Notes under the pieces: model-generated
Told to the model about the DNA's origin: nothing
What the model saw: only the letters and a program-made list of their open reading frames with translations
Databases searched by the model: none
Translations under genes and position numbers: made by a program
Part shown: piece after piece, positions 27,000 through 39,836 of the stretch
Numbering within the stretch: position 1 is the stretch's first letter
How the letters are laid out: the number at the start of each line of letters is the position of its first letter
Assembly: GCF_006345805.1 (NCBI RefSeq)
Contig: NC_043009.1
Location: forward strand, 31,992,001-32,056,000
Reading direction: 5' to 3'
From: Octopus sinensis
Lineage: Eukaryota
Length of the DNA stretch: 64,000 nt

Positions 27000-27335
27000 C
27001 ACGTACCTTTCCTTCAGTGGACACGAAACTCTGCTTGCAAAGACCTGTTGAGGCAAGTGAAATCGAAATCAAATCAAATTTGCAAATTCGATGACTGGCA
27101 CCCATGCCAGTGGAGTGCTAAGAGCACCATCTGAGTGTGATCACTGCCAGAGCAGCTGACTGGCTTCCATGCTGGTAGCACATAAAAAGCACCATTTAAA
27201 CATGATCATTACCAGCATCACCTTACTGGCACATGAAAAATATTTGAGCAAGATCATTGCCAGTGCCACTGGACTGGCTCCTGTGCAGGTGGCACGTAAA
27301 AAATACCACTTGAGTGTGGCCGTTGCTAGTACCAC
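27000..27335 (+). mobile_element. degenerate RTE 3' UTR-related repeat
   Basis: gaaactctgcttgcaaagacctgttgaggcaagtga matches ~26530-26570. Confidence 0.7.
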
Positions 27336-27363
27336 CATTCGTTGGACAGTTTTGTTAACAAAT

Positions 27364-27401
27364 CTGTCCAACGAACGGGAACATGAAACTCCGAGTAACA
27401 G
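27364..27401 (+). ncRNA. degenerate hammerhead motif preceded by an inverted copy of itself
   Basis: ctgt-CCAACGA-acgggaacat-GAAA-ctccgag-TA-acag; ttcgttggacag (27338-27349) is the reverse complement of 27364-27375. Confidence 0.6.
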
Positions 27402-28369
27402 CTTTTCTTATATTTCTGCTGCTTTTAAATAAAGTATATATGTATATATATATATGTATATATATTTATATGTATGTATATTCAGAAACACACATTCACA
27501 CACATCTATGTATATATATGCATATATATATATACATGCACAGATATATGAAATGCATACAAACATATGTATGTTAATGTGCGATTTTGTGTGGGTGTTT
27601 GTATGTATTTGTATGTTTGCCTCAGAATACATGCTTATGTGTGTGTACATGTGTGTATGCATGCACGTGTGTGTATGTGTATGTATGAAGGCATGGCATC
27701 CAATGTGTTATAATTTTCATTGCTTCTTAGATCATTTAAGATATGAAGTTACATACAGCCACCAATCTCTACAAAAACAGAACTACTATGACTACTACTG
27801 CTGCTGCTGCTGCTGTTGATGCTGCTACTGATACTGCTGCTGCTGTTACAGTAAGAAGCAACACCTAATGAAACTATCAAAAATCAACAAACAAATCCAT
27901 TTTATTGGATAATTTTTATTTATATTTTGTATTAGTGTACTTCCTCCTTTTTTTTTCTTCATTTATCTAAGGAAAGAAATATTTCTCTTAAGAAGGAAAA
28001 AATAAATCCGGTTCTTCTTAAATTCCACTTCAAAATAAAATGTGTGTGTGTGTGTGTGTGTATGTATCTTTGTGTATATATGTGTGTGTGCCCATGTGCA
28101 CATGTGCGTCTACATGTTGTCGTGTATGTGTTTAGTTCAAATATTTACCACGACTTGTAAGAAATGTAATAAATATCTCTCTTTAGATTTCACTCAGTCT
28201 GATCCTCTCTGTCTCTTCTCTATCTCATCTTGTATATTATTTACTCCTCTTCTTTCTCACTCCCTGTCACTCCTTTTCTCTTTTCCATCCCCAATCAAAC
28301 ATGTCTGTGTGGTATGTATGCACAAATACATTTATGTGTGTGTTTGTATACACACACACCCACACACAA

Positions 28370-28437
<68 letters not shown>

Positions 28438-28458
28438 TACAGAAGGAGAGAAAGTGAG

Positions 28459-28500
<42 letters not shown>

Positions 28501-29659
28501 GGAAAGTTAAAACTAAAATGTGACCAGGTGGGAGACGATTATCAGAAAAGGTGAACTAGACACGGAGTACCTCTCATTACCCATGGGCTCCAGGATTCAC
28601 ACAGTTTCAGCACGCTTAAGAGGCTTAATTACATGAAACTACTCTCTTGGTTGCACCAGTGATGGTAAACTTCAATGAAGTTAGTGATCAATACAAAGGA
28701 AAATATCTTAGACACAAAAAGTACACCAGAATACGAAATGAAGAATTAAGGACAAGATCCATGAAATACACAGTTCAAAAGAGAACAAGTAATGTTATAC
28801 ACTTCAGCTCAGAAAAAAGACTGGAGCAATATCAGTACAAATGGAAGAACAGAGATGTAACTCAGAATAAGACTTAGAAGAAAAGAAATATGAGAGATAG
28901 AGAGAGAGACAGAAAGAAAGAAAAAGGTTGAGGAAAAGAAAGACTAAGGGTCAATAAGAGCAGCGCTTCATGTTTGAAGCTCCAACAAACCTATAAGGTG
29001 ATATAGAAAGACTCAGCTATGAGAGCATCTCATAGCAGAAACAGCCGTAAGCTAATGCAGGCTATTACAATAATGCAATAATATTGTAAATTCTCTCTTT
29101 GCTTCACTTGTACTTCAGGATATCTTTTACCATCATACATTTCCAAAATCTCTTTAGTTCTTACCTTCAAGTTTTTCCCTCAGCTCACCTTCAAATGTTC
29201 TATGCCAGGTATTATTTGTATTATTCTATCCTGATCCATTCCAAGAGGAGTTACTTATCCGTTTGAGTCACCAATATTTTATTCCAAGGATCATAAAATT
29301 AAAATCAATTTTTTGCAGTACAACACCCTTACTTAAGAATTTTGTGTATCAGAAGCTGTGGCAAAATTCCTCCCAGCAGATTCTATTGCAAGACATTGCC
29401 CTTATTTTAATGTAAGGAGATCTGCCTCCATGTGATACAAACCTCCATTGGTTTCAGTTTTCTCAAATTCTGCTCCTTCTGTTCATCCATAGAATACAAA
29501 GTTAAAATAAGAAACCCAGAAGACTATTGATCCAATAAACTATTAAATTAGTGATTGGCAACACTTTAATAGTCAGATAGAATAAATATACAAAAGACAT
29601 ATTAAAGTCAGTGACCCGCTTGGCTGTTACAATACTAAGATTTTATCATGGTAATGAAT

Positions 29660-29889
29660 GTGTATGTGTGTGTGTGTGTGTGCATGTGTATGCGTGTGTG
29701 TGTGTGTGAGTGCCTATGTGTACATGTATGAGGGTTAGTATGTCTGTTTGAATCTATATAAATAATATATACATATGTGTATGTCTGTGCGTGTGTGTAT
29801 ACATACATATATATATATGTATATGTATACATACGTATAAATTTCTAATAAATATGTATTTATGTTTGTGTATGCATGTATATATGTGC

Positions 29890-29961
<72 letters not shown>

Positions 29962-30056
29962 GTGTATGTATATATATATGCACATGTACATATATATATG
30001 TATGTATGTGTGTATATATATATTTGTATATAGGTATATATATATGTGTATATGTA

Positions 30057-30102
<46 letters not shown>

Positions 30103-30197
30103 GTGTGTGTGTGTGTATGTATATATATGCACATGTACATATATATATATGTATGTGTGTATATATATTTGTATATAGGTATATATATATATATGTG

Positions 30198-30239
<42 letters not shown>

Positions 30240-30262
30240 ATATATGTATGTATATGTGTATA
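29660..30262. repeat. compound TA/TG microsatellite with ~150-bp internal duplication
   Basis: gcacatgtacatat..tttgtatataggtat occurs twice (~29980, ~30129). Confidence 0.9.
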
Positions 30263-30785
30263 TGAAACTGTTTGATTTTAATATGTTTTTGATCTTATAC
30301 TCTTCTTAAGATATATTTTTCAAATGTGTTTATCTAACTTGTTGTTTTTCTTCTAAACATAAATGTCTACACTGTGTCCAGTTAATGGTTGACAGTGTTT
30401 GATTATTAATTCTTTGGGTCAAAGGAGCCTTGCAAGACATCATATGAGTGGCTTTAGAAATGTATTAAACTGATAATGGTTATATATGATTTTGCTGTCA
30501 ACACTCATGGGAAGTGTGGGTCGGGTATGTGATTGACTACCTCAGTTGTATTTATAATCACTGACACACAATTATAAAAACAGTTTTTCACTTTTTATAC
30601 ACATGTACATACTTTCGAATGTACATACATTCAAATGTGTGTGTATGTATCTAGATCGGTTTGTATGAATATATGTATAAATCTGAAAGCTGCCAAACTC
30701 TCCTCTTGTGCAAACACAACAGATGTCAGGTTTGTTTTCAGGGATAAAGTACCAAAGATCATGACATGCATTGAGATATTGAGAA

Positions 30786-30817
<32 letters not shown>

Positions 30818-30820
<3 letters not shown>

Positions 30821-32084
30821 GGTGGGGAAGCAAAATTTATAATATTTTGAAACAGAGATTGAAAAACAGTGTATGATCAATTAGTTTATTGAAAGTCATG
30901 AGAATTTATTTGCCATAAGAAAATTTACATAATAGAAAATGTTTTATTCTATGTGTCCTTCTTTCTCAATAACTGTCTTCACACGCTTCCTGAAACTTGT
31001 GCAAGTTTTCATCAAATATTCAGGAGACAACTTTTCCCATTCTTCTTTAATAGTCTCTTTAAGGGAGTCGACATTGCTGTGTGATGTTCTATTGGTAGCA
31101 TGTTCTAAAACACCCCAAATAGCATAATCCAGAGGGTTTAGATCTGGGCTAGAAGGCGGCCATAAACATGATTCCAAAAAATTGCTAAAGTTGGATTTGC
31201 AGAAATCTTGTATTCTTCTAGCTGTGTGGGCTGGAGCACCATCCTGTGTCCATACTTAATTACCATCTGAGTAGTTTGTTTTAAGCCATGGCAATACCCG
31301 GTTTCTCAGAGTCTTGTAGTAAGTATTAACATTGACCTTTTCATCAGCTTTGTAGAATTTTATAGGCATTTTCTTTCCATCGGAAGCCACATCACCAAAA
31401 GCCATAACTTGAGCAGGATGTTTTGTTTTGAATGTCCCCTTAACCTCAGCTGTTGATTTTGCAATAAATCTGTCATTTCTGCGTTTCAGAACAGCATCGA
31501 CAGTGAAGAGCTTTTCATCTGAAAAGATTGTTACAATGGAGGACTTTTTCTTGAACCATGTAATAATTTTCTTGCACCTTTCTAATCTCTTTTCCTTCAT
31601 AGCTGTTGTCAACAAGTGTTTTGGTGTTCTTGTGTGAGATTTTCACCTCAAATCATATTTTACAGCATTACTAATGGTCTTGTTGTCTACCTCAAGTTCA
31701 TTTGCCATTTTTCTCACGGATTTGGTTGGATCCTTTAGGATTTTGGATTTGAGAGCTTTAATAAAAGCTTTGGTACGTTTTTTGTTGATTCTTCCACTTC
31801 CTGACTTCCTCATAATAGCTTTGCTCATAGTCATTCTATTCTTTACATTATAAACGGTCTTTATGAACACTCCAACTATTTTTGAAATCTCCTTTGGTGT
31901 GACAAGTGCATTTGACTTTTGCTTTTCTGATTACTCATATGGGCAAAATTTTCTGAAAAGGTAAGGATGATAGTGTTAGGTATGATTATGACATCAATAT
32001 ATGCTAGGTTTCAAAACAATTGACTTAGTGTCTGCTGAGAAAAAACAACTTAACGTTCATTGTAAATTTTGCTTCCCCACCCTG
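30818..32084 (-). mobile_element. Tc1/mariner DD37D (maT-type) transposon, near-intact
   Basis: TIR cagggtggggaagcaaaattta(t/c)aat flanked by TA; FSDEKLFTV, QDGAPAHT, WPPSSPDLNPLDY with 37 residues between the 2nd and 3rd D; three in-frame ORF pieces split by two stops. Confidence 0.95.
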
Positions 32085-32174
32085 TATATATATATATATA
32101 TATATATACATACATACATACATACATACATACATACATACATACATACATGCATACATTTATATACTATTGTT

Positions 32175-32205
<31 letters not shown>

Positions 32206-34570
32206 TTTTTAATCAATGAAATTCTTCCCCTGAGGAAGGGGCTGGTTTGTTACACAGATGCAAAGTTCCATTATTGGAATGTAGATAACGAAAATAATGT
32301 CACATTTTAAACTTGAGAAAATCTTGCATATTTTTACTGTTCCACTAATAGACTGCATTAGCATGGCGCAAATTGAAGGAGTTGGTTTTTCTGAAAACAC
32401 AAGCTTATCCAAATTGTCACAAAACTAAGTGCACCGATATTATTGATATAATTATGAATTTATAATCTGGAGGTAGAAGTTGAGGGTTTCAAAGCAGTTG
32501 TCCATATCTTCCTTATTTCTCTTTCATTTTCAAAGAGATATTCACATTGTAAGTTCAGTCACCTGCCTAGTACTCTCAACCTACCAAAAAATCCTATACA
32601 AATACCAACCCCTAACCCCAAACCCATAAATTCAGAAAACTCTTACCACCTTACAGTAGCTCAGAAAATTTGGAGCCAAGGGTCATAACACTTGACTGAA
32701 TCATTGCTCAGTCTGCTTCCCAGAGATTTGTTTCATCTTTTTTTCACAGCATCCACAAACCAGATGTGACATTTTTCACCTCCAATAATGGAGAGTAGTT
32801 CCCATATATTTTTCCATATCTGCCACCTCTGAAGAACATGCAATATTAACTGTGCTGTTATCTAATATCCAGTTTTAATATCCATTGTGAAACTGATTTG
32901 TAAGATCAGTTGAAATGGATCTATAATACTGTATTCTTTGATTAATATACCCACTCTATTAACAAATATACAACTCCATGTTTTTTTCAGATTTACAGAT
33001 TCAAAGATGATTATATGTGGATGTGTGGATATGTATGTACATGTCTGTATGTATGCATGCACAAATGTATGTAATTATGTATGTATATCTATGTTCCACG
33101 TTGTTAATTCTCCTGTCAACAAAGCATCCAGTCTGTTTGTGCCTTCTAAAACATGTGAAATAAGAAACCCCTTACTTGAAAAACATGTTAAAGTTTAACA
33201 GTAGGAAGACTATATGACTTTAAAATAAAGCCCCAGATATTATTCATCTAACCTTTGTCAACACGGATGATGGAAATATGATGTGTGTGTGCATAGCGGG
33301 TGTGTCCATGCCATGTCTTACCAAGAAGCATTTATTGTCTGAGAGGCAGAATTGAAGAGTGAAGAAGTAGTGAGAGCTAAGTAGAAATGGTAAAAATTAG
33401 CACCACCAAGAATCATGCAGTGTTGCTACAAACATTGTAATAGGATAAAATTGATTGAATAAAATTGTTAAAATTCTTCTTGTTCACTTTAATTCGCTAA
33501 ATATGGTATTTATATGAGAGAATTACAAGGAAATGGTCTGTTTGATGGTTACCAAGAGGAAGATAAATATTAGCGAATCATAGCAGGAATACACAGAGAA
33601 TTAATTAAAAGTTCTACAAGAATTTGATTAATTCATATGTCTGACTGATGCCTATATAGACTTGCAGATCTCAATGGAAATACCCAGATGTAGGTGAGAA
33701 CATTCTAGAACATATGATGCCGATATACATGTATATTTAGGGAGAAAGAAAAGTTGTGTGTGTGAGTTACTCATGAAAAACAGAGAAACGAGACATCACT
33801 CTTCTTCTTTATTATCGCTTCTCTGTCTATCTCTCTCCCTCTATTGTTCTTCATTCTTTCTGTTTTTCTCTACCACCCTTCCCTATTCTTCTCCTCTCCC
33901 CTTCACCGTTCCCTCTCTCTCACTTCTCCTCCTCGACTCTCTCATCGCTGACACGTGATGAGAGGGAAGCCATCTTTATGACTACTACCTTCACAAAGAG
34001 TAAACGGGCTTATCCTGTTTCCTTCATAAGCTAGTCTCCTTAAATGTTCAGAATAATTTTTCCATCATCTTGGCTCAACAACCCTCATCGTTTGATTTTA
34101 CTGTTTTTTTCTCATTCTTCTGTTTTTAGTGTTTTTACTTTTTTGTTTTTATTGTTTTGTTCTCACTGTTCGGTTCTTGTTATCAATTTCACCCTCTGCA
34201 AAAAATCTCAAATTTTATTTAATTTGCTTTGCAGGAAAGACTATTTCAACGAAGTCGCATCTTGTCCTTACCCTCGTAATGTGGAGTAGATGAAACAGGG
34301 ACAACTGAAGAGGGGGAATATTCTTTATGTTGTATGTCTTGTTTCTCCTTATTTTCATTGTTTGAAAAAAAGTTTGTTTCAATGTTTTTGTTTTTATGTT
34401 TTCATTTCTCATTGTGTTCAACGTTTTTTTGATGTCCTGTACCCATATATGCATGTATATATACATATATACGTAGGTATGTACATATATGTTTGTATAT
34501 ATGCATATATTTTATATTTATTTATATTATTATATGATCGACCACCACGCATCCTTTTCCAAGTATATAT

Positions 34571-34625
<55 letters not shown>

Positions 34626-34628
34626 AAT

Positions 34629-34735
34629 TGGTTGTATACTGTCAATCTAACACGAACGTGACAGTAGGGGGGGGTACACCAACCGCTGTTTAGCCCCTAC
34701 TGTCACGTTCGTGTTAGATTGACAGTATACAACCA
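34629..34735. repeat. perfect 42-bp inverted repeat with 23-nt loop (second copy ~35948-36054)
   Basis: tggttgtatactgtcaatctaacacgaacgtgacagtagggg and its exact reverse complement. Confidence 0.95.
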
Positions 34736-34911
34736 TTCTATCGCCCCACCACTGTACATGTCTCTACAAGAGATTTAGAAATTTAGTATTTCTGATATAT
34801 ATAAATAAATAATAATAAATTAGGGAATAAATCCAAACTTACAGGGAAAAATTAGATTTAGGATTAAATCCAATTTTATAGTATAAATATATTATATTAT
34901 ATTATATTAAA

Positions 34912-35303
34912 CTAGCAGTATCGCCTGGCGTTGCTCGGGTTTCTAAGGGAAATAACTATATAAGCATTTTTAGAGATGTAAAGTATAATAGCCATCTCAA
35001 TATGGCTAACCACAAAGGGTGGGGTTGTTACTGTAGCTTTTTACGTTCTGAGATTTAATAATAAATTTTTAGAGAGTTACTTCCCTTATATATGCCAAAA
35101 AGGCATTAAAATGGAAAAATTGATGGTATTTTTTTTTTAAATCGTAGACTCATCGTAGACGCGCGCTACTACTCAAAGGCTCGATATGAATCATGACTAT
35201 AAGATACCCGGTTTTGGTTAAACTGCACCGCAAAATGTGGGAGTAGTTAGGAATCTAAATCGTAGGAGACAGACAGCACACAACCTCTCTTTTATATATA
35301 AGA
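34912..35303 (-). mobile_element. non-autonomous Helitron (copy 1)
   Basis: Minus strand A|TC...cccgagcaacgccaggcgatactgCTAG|T; no TSD. Confidence 0.8.
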
Positions 35304-35906
35304 TTAAGATAAAACCACTATTAGGCAAATCAAACAGTGAAAACCATAAGCAAATACATAAAATTAATTCAAAAATATAAAAGTTAAAATTTTTAAAAGT
35401 TATTTAAATAATTTTTTAAATTTTAACTTTTATATTTTAAAATTAATTTTATGTATTGGCTTATGTTTTTCACTGTTTGATTTGCCTAATAGTGGTTTTA
35501 TCTCTAATTTAATATAATATATATATATATATATATAACTGACAGATAGATTCATAAATATATAAAGGGCTCAGGTGTCAATATTTAATTCACCTATCAT
35601 GGAATCTACATTTTGCAAATATTATAGACATATTTTTTTATATGAAGTATATGTCTGAATGGCTAAGAGTGGATTTCTTCCCTCAGCTGGGTTTTATTAT
35701 CTACATAATACAGTAAAATAATATCAAGTGGTTGCCACTTATGCACCAGTCTGATTTTCACTTAATATTGTTGAGTATTCGTGTTTTTCAAACCTAACAA
35801 GGTGCCTCAATTTAAGTGCCTATTCACTGAATCTTAATTGCAATTGCATCTTTGTATATATTTTGACTGATAAATAGATTGGCATATATATATATACATA
35901 TATATA

Positions 35907-35947
<41 letters not shown>

Positions 35948-36230
35948 TGGTTGTATACTGTCAATCTAACACGAACGTGACAGTAGGGGGGGGGGTACAC
36001 CACCGCTGTTTAGCCCCTACTGTCACGTTCGTGTTAGATTGACAGTATACAACCATTCTATTGCCCCACCACTGTACATGTCTCTACAAGAGATTTAGAA
36101 TTTAGTATTTCTGATATATATAAATAAATAATAATAAATTAGGGAATAAATCCAAACTTACAGGGAAAAATTAGATTTAGGATTAAATCCAATTTTATAG
36201 TATAAATATATTATATTATATTATATTAAA

Positions 36231-36628
36231 CTAGCAGTATCGCCTGGCGTTGCTCGGGTTTCTAAGGGAAATAACTATATAAGCATTTTTAGAGATGTAA
36301 AGTATAATAGCCATCTCAATATGGCTAACCACAAAGGGTGGGGTTGTTACTGTAGCTTTTTACGTTCTGAGATTTAATAATAAATTTTTAGAGAGTTACT
36401 TCCCTTATATATGCCAAAAAGGCATTAAAAATGGGAAAAATTGATGGTAATTTTTTTTTTAAATCGTAGACTCATCGTAGACGCGCGCTAATACTCAGAA
36501 GGGCTCGATATGAATCATGACTATAAGATACCCGGTTTTGGTTAAACTGCACCGCAAAATGTGGGAGTAGTTAGGAATCTAAATCGTAGGAGACAGACAG
36601 CACACAACCTCTCTTTTATATATAAAGA
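36231..36628 (-). mobile_element. non-autonomous Helitron (copy 2)
   Basis: Same termini; the empty site is reconstructed by the opposite arm of the palindrome. Confidence 0.82.
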
Positions 36629-36847
36629 TTAGAGATAAAACCACTATTAGGCAAATCAAACGGTGAAAACCATAAGCAAATACATAAAATTAATTCAAAA
36701 ATATAAAAGTTAAAATTTTTAAAAGTTATTTAAATAATTTTTAAAAATTTTAACTTTTATATTTTAAAATTAATTTTATGTATTGGCTTATGTTTTTCAC
36801 TGTTTGATTTGCCTAATAGTGGTTTTATCTCTAATTTAATATAATAT
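36629..36847. repeat. ~206-bp near-perfect loopless AT-rich palindrome (copy 1 at ~35304-35517)
   Basis: Arms 36629-36731 and 36732-36834 centred on ttattt|aaataa. Confidence 0.9.
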
Positions 36848-37210
36848 ATATATATATATATATAAACTGACAGATAGATTCATAAATATATAAAGAGGCT
36901 CAGGTGTCAATATTTAATTCACCTATCATGGAATCTACATTTTGCAAATATTATAGACAGTATTTTTTATATGAAGTATATGTCTGAATGGCTAAGAGTG
37001 GATTTCTTCCCTCAGCTGGGTTTTATTATCTACATAATACAGTAAAATAATATCAAGTGGTTGCCACTTATGCACCAGGTCTGATTTTCACTTAATATTG
37101 TTGAGTATTCGTGTTTTTCAAACCTAACAAGGTGCCTCAATTTAAGTGCCTAATTCAACTGAATCTTAATTGCATCTTATGTATATATTTTGACTGATAA
37201 ATAGATTGGC

Positions 37211-37246
<36 letters not shown>

Positions 37247-37417
37247 GTATACACACACATACAAATATACACCCTCCCACACACATACTAATGAGACGAG
37301 GTTGTTGAACATACAATGGACAATTTATTCTCCAAAGACATACACTACAGCATCTTGCATATTTTGTGTCTGAAACAGCCTAGATGTGTCAAGAATGAAT
37401 ATGCAAATATTCGGCTA

Positions 37418-37717
37418 TAGGCGCAGAAGTGGCTATGAGCTTGCTTACTGACCACATGGTTCCGGGTTCAGTTCCATTGCGTAGCACCTTGGGAAAGTGT
37501 CCTTTGCTCTAGCCTTGGGCTGACCATAGCCTTGTGTGTGGATTTGATAGACAGAAACTGACTGAAAGAAGCCTTTCATCTTTTTGGGGTCGATTAAATA
37601 ATTACCAGTTATGTACTGCGGTTAAATTAATCGACTTACTCCCTTTGTCTGTCCTTGTTTGTCCCCTCTATGTTTAGCCCCTTGTGGGCAATAAAGAAAT
37701 ATGTGTGTGTGTATGTT

Positions 37718-37756
<39 letters not shown>

Positions 37757-37980
37757 GTATGTGTGTCTGTGTGTATATGTTTGTAACCCCAACATCGCTT
37801 GACAACCAATGCTGGTGTGTTTATTTCCCCGTAATTTAGCAGTTCCGCAAAAAGAGACTGATAGAATAAGTACTAGGCTTACAAAGAATAAGTCCTAGTG
37901 TTGATTTGTTTGACTAAAGTGGGTGCTCCAGCATGCCCAGTCAAATGACTGAAACAAGTAAAATAATAAAAAATAAAAGA
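37418..37980 (+). mobile_element. SINE A with SINE B 3' half inserted (~37572-37700)
   Basis: A head ggcgcagaagtggct.., B core gcctttcatctttttggggtcgat, A tail. Confidence 0.8.
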
Positions 37981-38616
37981 ATGTGTGTGTGTGTGTGTAT
38001 CTGTATCTGTGTGTACACATGCTATTATATATTTCATTTGTAAATATAGCCCTAACTACACGTGCCTAATGCAGAAATATGCACGTCATTTATATATATA
38101 TATATATATACACACATAAATGTATTGACATACAGATACTATGTATCCATGTATATATATGTTATACTCACAGCTTCAGATACACTGTTGTATATATATG
38201 GAAAATATATCAGGGATACATCAATACCAGCAGAGCTTAACATGTATGTACATATATAAACACTTGTTGGGAAGGATCATTAAAGGGAGAACAGAAAATG
38301 TTCTTGTAAATCCAATAAAGAAGATGCATTTTCTAGACTGTGATGCATCATTGTCTGTGAAAATACTGGATACTGTGCAGTAAATCATGGGCATTTTGCT
38401 CAGTGCCATCCAGCACGAAACTTGGAGTTATGGATAAGCAATCATCTTAAGTAACAAACACAATAATAAATATCTATTCTACTTGATGTATTTAGCACTT
38501 TTTGTGTTATTCATAAATCTACATCAACTGCAGTCAATAAATGTGTTTTTGTGTGTTAGTCTGTGTGTGTGTGTATGTGTGTAAGTATATAAAGTTTCTC
38601 TGTGTGTGTAAGTATA

Positions 38617-38664
<48 letters not shown>

Positions 38665-38714
38665 TACATTGACTGCAATTGGTCTAAATTTATATATATG
38701 CATTTATGTATACA

Positions 38715-39561
38715 TAGATAGTCCGATCAATCAGTATCTGGATTGTTGCTATAGTAACAAATCTAAAGCACGCAGAGTGAACCTGCTTGGCGCAAACTGA
38801 CCTTGAACTCTGCCATGCATGCACACTAAGTTTTAATGCTCTAACTCACTTTTGCTGTTTAAGGCAGTGCTTGAAAGAAAGGTGTGTTGTGTGTGTTCAT
38901 CACATGAACCATGACAGAGAAAGTTGAGCAGAGATCTGCACCAAATTTTACTAAAAGCTTGGTAAGACTTCCTCAGAGGCCTACGCAAAGTTTTCAAAAG
39001 GTTTTCATCATTCTTGACCCAGTGAAGAAGATCTTGTGCAACTGAAACCCAAGTGTCTTCTTGGTCAGCTGAAAGCAGTTTTGGCACAAAGTTGGTTGAC
39101 ACGCATCTCATACCCAAATCTTTAGTGATAATATACTGAATTGAGCAGTAACTAATCCGTACGTCATCTGATAACATACTCTGATGGTGATTCGATGATT
39201 TCTCCTCACAGCTGCAAACACATCTGTGATGTTTTTCTCAGTTCTGCTGGTTGCGGGTCTCTCAGAATGTTTGCCAATATGGACATTTTTTGACCATCTT
39301 GGAAATGTCTGAACCCCTCATACACTCATACTCTTTTCCACACTGTTTCTGAAACACTGCGTAGGCCTCTGAGCAGGTATCACCATGACAACACATGCTA
39401 CACACTTTATTTCCAAGCACTGCTGTAGACAGCGGAAGTGAGCTAGAATGTTAAAATTTAATGAAGGGTTCAAGGTCAATCTTTCCCGAGCAGCTTTACT
39501 CTGCATGCTTTAGCTTCGTTCCTATGGCAGCAATCCGGATACTTATTGATCAAACCTCATA
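38715..39561. mobile_element. mariner-derived fold-back non-autonomous element (two inverted 5' ends)
   Basis: Long imperfect IR gatcaat(c/a)agtatc(t/c)ggattg..ctaaagca..gaccttgaac; N-terminal transposase remnant MRCVSTNFVPKLLSADQ. Confidence 0.8.
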
Positions 39562-39615
39562 TATATGCACACACTCCTACAAATATATTTAGAAATATAT
39601 TTGTACATATGTGAT

Positions 39616-39691
<76 letters not shown>

Positions 39692-39733
39692 TCTCTCTAT
39701 ATATATATAGATAGATAGATAGATAGATAGAGA

Positions 39734-39771
39734 TGTATGTATACAAAAAGAGACAGAGATAGCTATGTATA

Positions 39772-39802
<31 letters not shown>

Positions 39803-39836
39803 CATAGCTATCTCTGTCTCTTTTTGTATACATACA
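39734..39836. repeat. perfect palindrome centred on (TA)n
   Basis: tgtatgtatacaaaaagagacagagatagctatgta..(TA)n..tacatagctatctctgtctctttttgtatacataca. Confidence 0.95.

Larger units (their letters stand above)
34625..37245 (+). repeat. ~1.32-kb direct tandem duplication (34625-35943, 35944-37245)
   Basis: aaattggttgtatac at 34625 and 35944; differences are mostly single-base homopolymer indels. Confidence 0.95.
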
